From Bacteroidales bacterium (GTDB lineage Bacteria > Bacteroidota > Bacteroidia > Bacteroidales > UBA932): a DNA stretch of 64,000 bases. The translations under genes were made by a program, and so were the position numbers. Positions 1 through 9,154 of the stretch are shown here, one piece after another; the stretch's first letter is position 1, and every line of letters starts with the position of its first letter. The stretch lies in contig JAEEXZ010000003.1 in the NCBI GenBank assembly GCA_016288055.1, positions 10,553 to 74,552 of the forward strand, given 5' to 3'. Below the pieces are notes generated by a model. It made no database searches, was not told the origin of the DNA, and worked only from the letters and a program-made list of their open reading frames with translations.

Positions 1-1249
1 GGTTCACGTTCTCCATCCCGTGGAACAGGGGCACGTTCACCGTAACGCCGACAGTGAAGAGACCACCGTCCCAGTTATTCTGGATACCGTTGAAGGCGTT
101 GGGGTTGGAAATCAGGTAATTGGCAGCCACGGCCACTTGCGGAAGCATATCGGCCCGCACGACCTTGGCCTTCTTGTCGTAGATTTTTCCGGCCAGCTCC
201 AGGCTACGCGTTTCGGGCCGGCTGGCATAGATATCCTCGAGGGACTTGTCCTCCGGAAGCTGCGGTTCGGGGATTGCCTCCCGGTTTTCGTCGGACAGGA
301 CCGGCTCCGCATCAAGGGGAAGGCCGATCCGCTTGCACAGCAGCATCTTGGCCAGCGCCAGGCCGTTTTCGGCCTTGGTGAGCATCATGTCGGCCTCGTT
401 TACCTTCACTTTCACCTGGAGGGCGTCGGATTCCGTGGCGGTGCCGGCGGCGATGGCGCATTCCATGTCGCGCTCCATCTGATGCAGAAGGGCGGAATAG
501 TTCTGCGCGAGCTTGCGTTTGTTAGCGATGGAGACAATCTGCCAGTAAGCCTGGTCCACATCCACGATGATGTCCGCGTACTTCATGTCATACTGGGACG
601 CGGCCAGGTCCTGGGCCAGGGCTGCCATCTGGTTGGAGTAGATGATCTTTCCGCCGACAAAGACAGGCTGCTGCACCGTGATGGCCCCTACCCAGATGTT
701 GTGCAGGTCCGGGTGCATGGAGTCGTCTATGCTTTTGCCGATGGCATTGATGGGGTCGGCCACATTGGGCATCAGTCCGGCCAGGGAAGCGGGATCGGTT
801 TCTTTCAGCATACCCAGGATGGTCTGCCACATGGGGCTGCCCATGTACTCGGCGGCGAGCGCCGGATTCGTCTGGATGGCCGTCATCAGCTGCGTCATCT
901 TCTGCTGCATGGCAGCGCTCAGCCGGCCGGCAGCCTGTGACATGGCGGCATTCATCCGGGCCTGCATGAGGGTGCCGGCATTCTGCAGCAGCATACTCTG
1001 GTCCGAGTTGGTGAGGGCGATATCCCTGTCATTATAGAGGTATGCACCGCTTGCGCTCACTTTAGGGAAATAGTTGGCCAGGGCAATCTTGCGGTCATAG
1101 CCGGCCATCTCCATCTTGATGCGGGCCTGTTCCAGGTCCTGGCTCTGGCGGACAGCCATGTCGCGGCAGTCCTCCAGCGTTAAAACCTCCTGCGCGGGGG
1201 CTGCAAGGGCCACAAGGGAGAGGAGGGATACAAGGATTTGTTTCTTCAT
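1..1249 (-). CDS. TolC family outer-membrane efflux protein (3' end runs off the window)
   Basis: Read manually and absent from the ORF track: ATG at 1249, MKKQILVSLLSLVALAAPAQEVLTLEDCRDMAVRQSQDLEQARIKMEMAGYDRKIALANYFPKVSASG. Signal peptide plus typical TolC N-terminus. Confidence 0.85.
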   Translation of the reverse strand, partial: MKKQILVSLLSLVALAAPAQEVLTLEDCRDMAVRQSQDLEQARIKMEMAGYDRKIALANYFPKVSASGAYLYNDRDIALTNSDQSMLLQNAGTLMQARMNAAMSQAAGRLSAAMQQKMTQLMTAIQTNPALAAEYMGSPMWQTILGMLKETDPASLAGLMPNVADPINAIGKSIDDSMHPDLHNIWVGAITVQQPVFVGGKIIYSNQMAALAQDLAASQYDMKYADIIVDVDQAYWQIVSIANKRKLAQNYSALLHQMERDMECAIAAGTATESDALQVKVKVNEADMMLTKAENGLALAKMLLCKRIGLPLDAEPVLSDENREAIPEPQLPEDKSLEDIYASRPETRSLELAGKIYDKKAKVVRADMLPQVAVAANYLISNPNAFNGIQNNWDGGLFTVGVTVNVPLFHGMENVN

Positions 1250-1385
1250 ATGAGTATATTTTGTCATCTTGTCAGTGTTTACTTGCGATTGTCCTTTTGT
1301 ACAACAAAAATGCCCACAAACAGCCGTTTTGAACTCATTTTGGAGCCGAAATTATTCTTTTGGTAGAATATTGCGAAAAAATGAC

Positions 1386-1393
1386 TATCTTTG
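1386..1393 (+). promoter_or_regulatory. Bacteroidetes sigma-A -7 element (TATCTTTG) for the AraC gene
   Basis: Matches TAnnTTTG, 22 nt before ATG 1416. Confidence 0.6.
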
Positions 1394-1415
1394 CAGCAAA
1401 TCTATTATCTGCATC

Positions 1416-2348
1416 ATGGAAGAGAAAGCACTGCAAACCATTGACATCCGGCGCATTCTGTCGCTGGCCCCCGTCGTGGACGAATATGCCCTGGGGACAG
1501 AGTTCATCCTGGGTGCCGTGAGCGGCAAGCGGGTAGAGAAGAGCGAAGCCATCCTGCACATGCTCAAATACCCCGTCCGCTTTGACGGATACATCCTTTT
1601 CTTCCTCAAGAGCGGACATTTCACCCTGGATGTCAACCTGAGCAGCTATGACATCCACCCCAATTCCCTGCTCATGGTCACGCCCGGCAACATCGTAAAA
1701 CTGTCGGCCTACAACGAGCAGCACATCGGCGACGCGGAACTGCTTTTCGCCCTGGTTTCCAGGGAATTCCTGAGCAGTATCCGCTTCGACTTCAACAAGG
1801 TATTCCAGGACACGCTGCGTGTTTGGAAGACTCCTTGCATCACGTTGCAGGGAGACGATCTGGACCTTGCCGAGGACTACTTCCGCCTCACGCGGAAAAT
1901 CCTGTCCTCGCGGCAGTCCAACAAGCGGGAGATCGTGGGATCGCTGCTGACCTCCTTCACCTATGTCACGCTGGACGTTTGGATGCGCCAGCTGGAGGAG
2001 TCACGCGCTGCGGAAAGCGCTTCATCGGCCCGCGCCACACAGCTGTTCGAGCGTTTCCTCGCGCTGGTCACCGAGCATCATAACGAGGAACGCGGCATGG
2101 CTTTCTACGCCGACAAGCTCTGCCTGACGCCGAAGTACCTTTCCCGTCTGGTGAAACTCTCCAGCGGACGAAGCGCCCCGGACTGGATTGACTCGTTCGT
2201 CATCCTGGAGGCGAAAAACATGCTGAAATACTCCGACAAGCCCATCAAGGAAATCGTGTACATGCTGCACTTTCCCAACCAGGGCGTATTCTACAAGTTC
2301 TTCAAAGCCCACACGGGAATGACCCCTTCCGAGTACCGGAAAGGGTAG
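1416..2348 (+). CDS. AraC family transcriptional regulator
   Basis: C-terminal HTH (FYADKLCLTPKYLS...FYKFFKAHTGMTPSEYR). Start moved to ATG 1416, downstream of the promoter motif. Divergent from TolC. Confidence 0.92.
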   Translation: MEEKALQTIDIRRILSLAPVVDEYALGTEFILGAVSGKRVEKSEAILHMLKYPVRFDGYILFFLKSGHFTLDVNLSSYDIHPNSLLMVTPGNIVKLSAYNEQHIGDAELLFALVSREFLSSIRFDFNKVFQDTLRVWKTPCITLQGDDLDLAEDYFRLTRKILSSRQSNKREIVGSLLTSFTYVTLDVWMRQLEESRAAESASSARATQLFERFLALVTEHHNEERGMAFYADKLCLTPKYLSRLVKLSSGRSAPDWIDSFVILEAKNMLKYSDKPIKEIVYMLHFPNQGVFYKFFKAHTGMTPSEYRKG

Positions 2349-2367
2349 TTCTTGAATCCAGCGCCCT

Positions 2368-2518
2368 AAGTGCCGGGAGGCTTGTGCCGCGCTAACCCAT
2401 GGCCGCCCCCGGCCGTGTGAGGGGGAGGGGCCCATGCGATGCGCGCCAGCGCGAGCATCTGGGAGGGACGAGGAGCGAAGCGACGAAGGGTTAGCGCGGT
2501 ACAAGCCTCCCGGCGCTT
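2368..2518. repeat. REP/MITE-like palindromic element between convergent genes
   Basis: 31-bp inverted repeat 2368-2398 / 2488-2518 with 2 mismatches. The core GGGAGGGGCCCA...TGGGAGGGACGA...AGGGTT recurs at 34123-34169. Confidence 0.75.
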
Positions 2519-2519
2519 C

Positions 2520-3269
2520 TTAGACGTCGAGGAGGGTACGGCAGATTTGTTCGGCCTCGGGGAGGGTGTCTATCTTGCCGACGTCCACCAGCCGGAGGTC
2601 CGGTGCGAGGGCGCCGTAGATGGGATAGCGGTCGCAGGCCGATAAATAGAAGTCGATGATGGGAAAACGTTCCGGTACCTGCAGCGCCCCGAAGGCCTGG
2701 AAGATAAGCGGGGCTATGTCGTGGATGCCGGCGAAGGCGTACTTCAGGCACTTCGAGGGGTCCAGATCCGGATACGGTGAACGCACCTCTCCCGTAGCGA
2801 TGTTGGTCCAGCCTACCAGCCGCATGTCCTCCGGACGGAAGAGCAGGTAACGCTGGGTTTCCCGCTCACTGACAAGGAGTGTAGCCAGGGCGCCGGGCCG
2901 CATCTGCGACCGAAACCAGGCTATATCCAGATTGGAAACGATATCCACGTTGTGCACCAGGAAGGGCTCTTCCAGGGGCAGCAGCAGGTCCCGGGCCTTA
3001 AGGATGGCCCCGCCGGTTTCCAGAAGCCGGGAAGTTTCGTCGGAAATGCTTACGGACAGGCCGAAGTCATGGGATGCGAGGTATTCCCGTATCATGTCCG
3101 GGAAATGATGGATATTCACGACGACGTCCGTATAGCCGGCCGCCTTGAGTTTGTGCAGCGTATGGTACAACAGGGGTTCCCCGCACACGGGGACGAGTGC
3201 TTTGGGAAGACTGTCCGTAATGGGGCGCAGGCGCGTTCCCAGACCTGCCGCAAAGACCATCGCTTTCAT
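2520..3269 (-). CDS. Sugar-phosphate nucleotidyltransferase (MurU-like)
   Basis: MKAMVFAAGLGTRLRPITDSLPKALV, LLETGG and NVD motifs. Coupled to an AmgK-like kinase gene. Confidence 0.88.
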   Translation of the reverse strand: MKAMVFAAGLGTRLRPITDSLPKALVPVCGEPLLYHTLHKLKAAGYTDVVVNIHHFPDMIREYLASHDFGLSVSISDETSRLLETGGAILKARDLLLPLEEPFLVHNVDIVSNLDIAWFRSQMRPGALATLLVSERETQRYLLFRPEDMRLVGWTNIATGEVRSPYPDLDPSKCLKYAFAGIHDIAPLIFQAFGALQVPERFPIIDFYLSACDRYPIYGALAPDLRLVDVGKIDTLPEAEQICRTLLDV

Positions 3270-3273
3270 CGGC

Positions 3274-4695
3274 CTACAGCATTTTCTCTATATTGAGCTC
3301 GCGGTGCGTGATGGTGACCTTGATGTCGAACTTGTCCATCAGGTGGCGGGCCAGATGCTCGGCGCAATACACGGAACGGTGCTGGCCGCCGGTGCAGCCG
3401 AAGCACACCTGCAGATTGGTGAACTTGCGCTCGATGAAACGCTTGGCATGGGCGTCCACCAGCTTGTAAACGCTGTCCAGGAAGGTGGTTACCTCACCGT
3501 CGTCCTCCAGGAACTTGATCACCTCGGGGTCCGTTCCGTTGAACTGGCGGTAATACTCGTACTTACCGGGGTTGTTCACGCTGCGGCAGTCGAATACATA
3601 GCCGCCACCGTTGCCGGTGGTGTCGGTGGGGATGCCTTTCTTATAGGCAAAACTGTAGATATGGACAGACAGACGGTGGTCCTGGGGATTCTCGTTCAGT
3701 TCCGGCATGGAAGCCAGCTGCTCCAGCAAGGAGTTCAGGTAAGGGTAATCGGAGAAGGGAATCTCCAGCAGTTTGCGAAGATTGCTCAGGGCGTAGGGAA
3801 CGCTGGCCAGGAAGTGAGGCTTCTTCTCGAAGTATCCGCGGAAACCATAGGCGCCCAGGACCTGCAGCGTACGGAAGAGCACGAACAGGCGCAGACGGCT
3901 GCGGAACTCGGTTTCATCGACCTGCTTGAACTGCTGCAGGGCACGCAGATAGGTGCGGATGAGTTCCTGCTTCAAATCCTCCGGGAAGCGGGAACGGGCC
4001 TGCCAGATGAAGGAGGCCACATCATAGTAGATGGGACCGCGACGGCCACCCTGGAAATCGATAAACCAGGGTTCTCCGTCCTTGATCATGACATTGCGCG
4101 CCTGGAAATCCCTGTACAGAAAGGTGTTATCATCTTCCTGAAGGAGGTCCGACTTAAACTTTTCGAAGTCTTCCTGCAACTGGATTTCATTGAACTCCAG
4201 TCCGGTAGCCTTCAGGAAACAGTATTTGAAGTAGTTCAGGTCGAAATCGATCATGCGGGCGTCGAAAGCCTCCTGCGGGTAGCAGTTTTTCCAGTCCAGC
4301 CCTTTGGCCCCCAGGAACTGCAGACGCGGCAGCTGTTCGATGGTGCGGCGCAGAAGATCCGTCTCCACGGAGCTGTACAGGCCACTTTCACGCCCCTGTG
4401 CCACCATGGAGAAGAGCACCTGGTCTCCCAGGTCCTCCTGGATGTAGGCGCCACCGTCTTCGCTCACGGCCAGCACGGCCGGCACGCGAAGCCCCTTCTC
4501 CCGGAAATGCCTTGCCAGGTAGATGAAGCTGTGGTTCTCCTCATGATTGGTTCCGATGGCTCCGATGAGAGAGACATTGCCGCCTTTGAGGCGGAAGTAA
4601 CGGCGGTTGCTGCCCGACGCGGGAAGCTCCGTGATTTCGGCGAGCTTCTGCCCGGTATAGGATTCGAATAAGGGTCTGAGGGTTTCTGCGGCCAT
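3274..4695 (-). CDS. AmgK-like phosphotransferase fused to a RapZ C-terminal domain
   Basis: GSNRRYFR, YRDFQARN and IDFQ (APH fold); C-terminal SFAYKKG..FDCR..NPG..GCTGGQHRSV. Start is 4695 or 4707. Confidence 0.85.
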   Translation of the reverse strand: MAAETLRPLFESYTGQKLAEITELPASGSNRRYFRLKGGNVSLIGAIGTNHEENHSFIYLARHFREKGLRVPAVLAVSEDGGAYIQEDLGDQVLFSMVAQGRESGLYSSVETDLLRRTIEQLPRLQFLGAKGLDWKNCYPQEAFDARMIDFDLNYFKYCFLKATGLEFNEIQLQEDFEKFKSDLLQEDDNTFLYRDFQARNVMIKDGEPWFIDFQGGRRGPIYYDVASFIWQARSRFPEDLKQELIRTYLRALQQFKQVDETEFRSRLRLFVLFRTLQVLGAYGFRGYFEKKPHFLASVPYALSNLRKLLEIPFSDYPYLNSLLEQLASMPELNENPQDHRLSVHIYSFAYKKGIPTDTTGNGGGYVFDCRSVNNPGKYEYYRQFNGTDPEVIKFLEDDGEVTTFLDSVYKLVDAHAKRFIERKFTNLQVCFGCTGGQHRSVYCAEHLARHLMDKFDIKVTITHRELNIEKML

Positions 4696-4721
4696 GATTT
4701 TATACATTTACGCAAAGATAC

Positions 4722-4752
4722 AAAAAAAGAGTCAACCGCGATGGTTGACTCT
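4722..4752 (-). terminator. Intrinsic terminator of tRNA-Val
   Basis: Hairpin AGAGTCAACC / GGTTGACTCT (4728-4752) followed by a T-run on the minus strand. Confidence 0.75.
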
Positions 4753-4760
4753 GAAAATCT

Positions 4761-4838
4761 TGGTAGGGACGATCGGATTCGAACCGATGACCTCTTCAAT
4801 GTGACTGAAGCGCTCTAAACCAGCTGAGCTACGCCCCT
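4761..4838 (-). tRNA. tRNA-Val(CAC)
   Basis: Cloverleaf: acceptor AGGGGCG/CGTCCCT, anticodon arm CTTCA-GTCACAT-TGAAG, T loop TTCGAAT, encoded CCA. TACCTTTG promoter at 4851-4858. Confidence 0.92.
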
Positions 4839-4892
4839 GTTCGGGGAATGCAAAGGTAGCAACTTTTGCCGAATCTGCAAAATAAATTTTCT

Positions 4893-6920
4893 TTATTTTA
4901 CGATGATGACATTGGGGACCGCCCGCTCGCCCGCATGGTCGAACTGTTTGTTGTCGTACGGATGGTTCACCACGCCCGTTTCACGGGTCCAGAGAGTGGT
5001 GGAACCGCCGCCGTCCAGGTTCAGTGCTTCAAACAGGCCCAGGGACTCGCACAGCACCTGGAGTTCATCCACCGTCATGCCGATACCCTGGGGGAAACGG
5101 CCGTCCACGGCGATGAAGTACATCCATCCGTCGGCCGTATAGCCCATGAGCGTACGCGGATGGCGCTGCGCGTAGAAGCCGGCATAGCTGCGGGAACCGT
5201 CGTCCTCATACGGGACCGTCACCCCTTCTTCGATAAGGATGGGACCGGAGACGACAGCCTCCCTCCAGCCTTTTGCGGCCGATGCCGTACCCAGCGAATC
5301 CACGGACACGATATCCACCTTCTTTCCCTTTCTGTCCTTGATGCGCAACATACCGTTGCAGCGGTAGGCGCCGTCGGTGGTGGCCCCGCAGAGGACCTTG
5401 CCCTCATCCTTTACATAAGTGACGGGCTCCAGGGTTTTCATGTTGAAGTAACTGCCGTTGATAGCCGCCAGGGCACTGCTACGGGCCCCCAGCGAGCTGG
5501 TAACGTCCGCATCCGGTCCGTCGGATTCCAGCACAGAGATGCCGTGCACCCACATCGGGAAGCGGACAAGGGAAATGTTCTGCGTAGAGCCGAAAACCTC
5601 CACCGAAGCGTTTCCCACCTCTACCTGCGTTCCATCGACGGCCTTCCATCCCCAGTCCACCTGCTTCAAGGCGGCAAGGGGTTCGGCGGTTTCGATACGG
5701 CGCCGGGCCTCGCGGACTATGGGCCGATAATAAGCCTTGAAGGCCTCCCAGCTATAGTAGGGGCCCTCCACTGCCTCCAGGGGAAGGGTGGCTTCCTGTT
5801 CGTTCACAAGGACCTTCACAAGGATGTCGGAACGGGAATTCCGGTAGAAGACCATCTGGACCGAGGCCGCCATGGGAACATTGTAATTGGGGAAAATCTC
5901 CAGGCTTTCCTCAAAGGAAGAGGCCGTACGGCCGAAGCCATTCGCGTCCAGCAGCACCATCAGCGGCGCGATGCCGGAATCGTGGCCGAAACGCAACCGC
6001 AGCTGCGTGGCGCCCGAGGCGATATCGGCATCGGCCGATTCGATCATCTGGCCGAGAGTAAAGGCCGCATAATCCACACGGTGATTCTGCGAACCCTTAA
6101 AGCGGGCCACATCCAGGAAGTAGCGGGCCGACAGTCCCCTCCAGATCTGTTCCACATCCTCCGGGGAAAGCACACCGTCAAACGGCGCGCTCACCACAAC
6201 GGCAACGAGCGCGTCCAGAAAGCGTTCCGGGGAATCCACGCAGGCGGCGGAAGTAAAGAACTTCCCGATGATGTCCTTCCACGGAACTGTTTGATCGAAA
6301 TAGACGCTGAATGCCTCCTCGGCCACCTTTCCATTGTTAAACGCATCTTTTATCAGGTACGGGTTGGATGACAGACTGGGCTGCAACCACGCCGCATACT
6401 TGGCCGAGGCATCGGCATTCATGTCTATTTCTTTATCCAGCGACTGCAGGCTCGAAAGGAAGTTCCACATGCTCATGATGACGCGGGCCGACTCGGTGGA
6501 GACGGCTTCCACGTGCGTGGGGCCTTCGAACACTTCGGGGAAACGCTGGAACAGCCTGGCGGCGATGCCGCGCTGCTGCTCCTTTCCCGTCTGGTTCAGA
6601 TTGCCCTTGCAGAGCTTCACCTTCTGGTAGAACGGCTCATAACGCTTGAAAAATGCCTTACCTTCTTCGGTAAGGAGGCCTTCCGCAGAGGCCTTGGAGA
6701 ACCATCCATAGACCGCATCGTACTCGCTGGTGCAATACCGCGCCCCGTGCCGGCCGAAGTGGCTGATGTAAACGGGCCGATAACCTTCCGGGGCAGGAGT
6801 CACAGCCGGCAGGGCCGCCTGGTCATACACGTAAAACGTACCTGCATTCTGGTTCTGGCCCTGCGCGAGGCCGCAAACAAGTATCAGTACAAGCGAAACA
6901 ATGGCTTTGAAGTGGTTCAT
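4893..6920 (-). CDS. Secreted histidine acid phosphatase + phosphodiester glycosidase (NAGPA/DUF2233) fusion
   Basis: Signal peptide; SHFGRHGAR and FGHD (histidine phosphatase); C-terminal AINGSYF, HPRT, DGR and NLDGGGST (NAGPA family). Confidence 0.85.
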   Translation of the reverse strand: MNHFKAIVSLVLILVCGLAQGQNQNAGTFYVYDQAALPAVTPAPEGYRPVYISHFGRHGARYCTSEYDAVYGWFSKASAEGLLTEEGKAFFKRYEPFYQKVKLCKGNLNQTGKEQQRGIAARLFQRFPEVFEGPTHVEAVSTESARVIMSMWNFLSSLQSLDKEIDMNADASAKYAAWLQPSLSSNPYLIKDAFNNGKVAEEAFSVYFDQTVPWKDIIGKFFTSAACVDSPERFLDALVAVVVSAPFDGVLSPEDVEQIWRGLSARYFLDVARFKGSQNHRVDYAAFTLGQMIESADADIASGATQLRLRFGHDSGIAPLMVLLDANGFGRTASSFEESLEIFPNYNVPMAASVQMVFYRNSRSDILVKVLVNEQEATLPLEAVEGPYYSWEAFKAYYRPIVREARRRIETAEPLAALKQVDWGWKAVDGTQVEVGNASVEVFGSTQNISLVRFPMWVHGISVLESDGPDADVTSSLGARSSALAAINGSYFNMKTLEPVTYVKDEGKVLCGATTDGAYRCNGMLRIKDRKGKKVDIVSVDSLGTASAAKGWREAVVSGPILIEEGVTVPYEDDGSRSYAGFYAQRHPRTLMGYTADGWMYFIAVDGRFPQGIGMTVDELQVLCESLGLFEALNLDGGGSTTLWTRETGVVNHPYDNKQFDHAGERAVPNVIIVK

Positions 6921-7017
6921 ATCGGATTGGTGTTACATACAAATGTAAGTATTAGCCGGGGATACACACAAAACTCGCCCCGTTTTCGCTAACTACTTGA
7001 TTATAAAACAGAAACAA

Positions 7018-7051
7018 ATTCTCCTCCCTGCTCTACGGCAGGGAGGAGAAT
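7018..7051 (-). terminator. Intrinsic terminator downstream of the lipoprotein gene
   Basis: 14-bp IR ATTCTCCTCCCTGC / GCAGGGAGGAGAAT with a T-rich tail on the minus strand. Confidence 0.7.
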
Positions 7052-7090
7052 CGACAATTCGCTCACAGTGAGCGCTTTAACAAAAACGCC

Positions 7091-8971
7091 TTATTTCAGA
7101 GTAGGCACGTCTCCGGTCAAGTCCCAGACATTGGTATCCCACCCCAGGGTGGCAGCATGGGCCGAGATGGTCCCTTCCGTGCCCAGGTAGTTACCGTTAG
7201 TTGGCACCGCATTACCATTGCCGGCCATTTTTGTAATGGTTGTCCAGCCGACAAAACCGGAGCAGGTTATATCCGTGCTCGAATTGTTGCCGACAATGGC
7301 ACCTTCGAGGTTAGGGTTGGCCGAAACAATCGTACAAGTCGAGTAGCAATTCGTAATGGTGGCTTTTGATCCTGCTGCAGGACTTCCAAGAATACCGCTG
7401 CACCAACGACGCGTTTTGTAAGTATCGGTTCCAATCTGACCGGTCGAATAGGAATTCCTGATCGTCAAATCACCCGTAGCAGACACACACGCAATAAGTC
7501 CGCCATGGTTTGCCATGTTGGTGACAGTAAGAGCGATATCACAGGTGGAATAACATCTGTCCACCAGAATGACACCCGTAGCATGGCCGATAAAGCCTGC
7601 TGCATAATGTGCCCCGGAATTAACTTTCCCCGTAGCCGCGCAGTGGATGAAGGAAACATTGTTGGCCACTCCGACAAAGCCGCCCGTATAATAACCTGTT
7701 CCCGTCACATCTACCTCAGCGGAACAGTTAGTCAGCGTGCACGTTTCAGTAGCGCTGATTCTTCCAATCAAACCGCCGGAAGAGCCACCTGCCGTAACAG
7801 TGCTGTTGGTCACGGAAACGTTCGTGAGGACACATTGCTTATCAGATTCCACAGCTCTGGCCAATACGCCATAATAATTGCCGGTTGAGCTGACTTCGGC
7901 ATTGGTGATATTCAGATTCGATACTTCTCCGTCCAGGAAAGAGAAAAGAGGCGCTTTGAGGCCGGAGATCGTTTTGTTGTTGCCATCCAGCACAATGGCA
8001 CCCTTGGCATTGCAATCAATGCTGGACCAGCTTGTGACAGTGATATCATCCACAAACTTGAAGTACTTCTTGCTCGCCGTGGACAACAGATTCGAAATCT
8101 CCGCCATCTGGTACTTATCACCGATCAGGTAGGCATTGGCGGAGGTGGTGCCGTCGCAGGTGGGGGCACCGGCGTGCCGGGCGGACTGGGTGGCGTTGAC
8201 GTTGATGGTGTTGAGTTTACCGGCGGTGAAGGAACCGACGGGCAGTTCAATGTAGCGGGTGTACACGTCGTGAGACTCGCCGGGGGCGTTGAACTGGAGC
8301 AGGAGGGAGGTCCCGTTCGGGAGGGCCGTGGCGCCCACGGGCAGGGTGGCGAAGAAGTGCAGGACGCCGTCGGCGTCGGCATCGCCTACCGTGTCAAAGG
8401 TGATGGAAAGGGTATTTCCTCCATTGAAAATGTCCGCATTGGCAGTGACATCCACCGACTTGATGACGGCGGCAACCTCCGTCGAAGGCATCTTCGCCGT
8501 GATGGCCAGGACGCTGGAGTAGCTGTCGAAGACGATGGTGGCGAGGTCGGCCACATCGCCGGCGGAGGCCAGGTACTTCAGGCCAGAAGTGACGCCGTCG
8601 GACGGCTGGGTCTGGGTGCCATAGGCCACCGCGCCGTTGATGATCTCCACATCGTAGGAGGTGGCGGTGACGGGCGTGCCGGTGAAGACGCCGGTCTTCT
8701 GGCCGATGCTGCCGGCGGCAAGGGTGAAGTCCGAATACTGGGTATGGTCGGCGTGGTTATAGACGCGGAGCTGGTCGCCATCGGCCCAGGTGAGGGCCAT
8801 GGACGTCGGCTTCAGGGACTCGTAGGTGGGGTCGAAGGAGACCTTCGTGGCGAGGTCGGCGATGGAGGCCTGGATGGTCACGGGAGCAACCTCGGCGGGG
8901 ATGTAAACTTCCTTGGAGCAGGAGAGCACGGAGACCGCTGCGAAAGCGGCAAAAATCAAGTTCTTTTTCAT
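7091..8971 (-). CDS. Surface lipoprotein: fimbrillin-like N-domain + GLUG-type beta-helix
   Basis: Lipobox VLSC after MKKNLIF; TKV...W..GD motif; repeated GGLIG/GGFVG units. Start set at ATG 8971. Confidence 0.7.
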   Translation of the reverse strand: MKKNLIFAAFAAVSVLSCSKEVYIPAEVAPVTIQASIADLATKVSFDPTYESLKPTSMALTWADGDQLRVYNHADHTQYSDFTLAAGSIGQKTGVFTGTPVTATSYDVEIINGAVAYGTQTQPSDGVTSGLKYLASAGDVADLATIVFDSYSSVLAITAKMPSTEVAAVIKSVDVTANADIFNGGNTLSITFDTVGDADADGVLHFFATLPVGATALPNGTSLLLQFNAPGESHDVYTRYIELPVGSFTAGKLNTINVNATQSARHAGAPTCDGTTSANAYLIGDKYQMAEISNLLSTASKKYFKFVDDITVTSWSSIDCNAKGAIVLDGNNKTISGLKAPLFSFLDGEVSNLNITNAEVSSTGNYYGVLARAVESDKQCVLTNVSVTNSTVTAGGSSGGLIGRISATETCTLTNCSAEVDVTGTGYYTGGFVGVANNVSFIHCAATGKVNSGAHYAAGFIGHATGVILVDRCYSTCDIALTVTNMANHGGLIACVSATGDLTIRNSYSTGQIGTDTYKTRRWCSGILGSPAAGSKATITNCYSTCTIVSANPNLEGAIVGNNSSTDITCSGFVGWTTITKMAGNGNAVPTNGNYLGTEGTISAHAATLGWDTNVWDLTGDVPTLK

Positions 8972-8984
8972 GGCGCTTTCGGGG

Positions 8985-9128
8985 TTAGAGGAGACTGGTG
9001 AATGATTCGTCGAAGATGGAATTTTCATTCATTTCCTGGAGGGCATCGGTAGTGCTTGCGGCGATGCACTGCTCCATAACGAGGGGGATGATCGCCATTT
9101 CAGGCGCCTCGTACACGTTCTTGGTCAT
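8985..9128 (-). CDS. 47-aa small peptide with an N-terminal YxxP motif
   Basis: Read manually: MTKNVYEAPEMAIIPLVMEQCIAASTTDALQEMNENSIFDESFTSLL*. AT-rich upstream region; fills the gap between neighbouring genes. Confidence 0.65.
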   Translation of the reverse strand: MTKNVYEAPEMAIIPLVMEQCIAASTTDALQEMNENSIFDESFTSLL

Positions 9129-9154
9129 AATAAATAGTGTTATTTGTGAGTAGT

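Noticed and set aside
20-940. 306-aa plus-strand ORF
   Set aside because: It is the antisense shadow of the TolC gene, which the ORF track missed because it runs off the window edge.
6990-7002. TAACTACTTGAT IHF-like site
   Set aside because: It is a single short match in an AT-rich gap with no associated recombinase or element.
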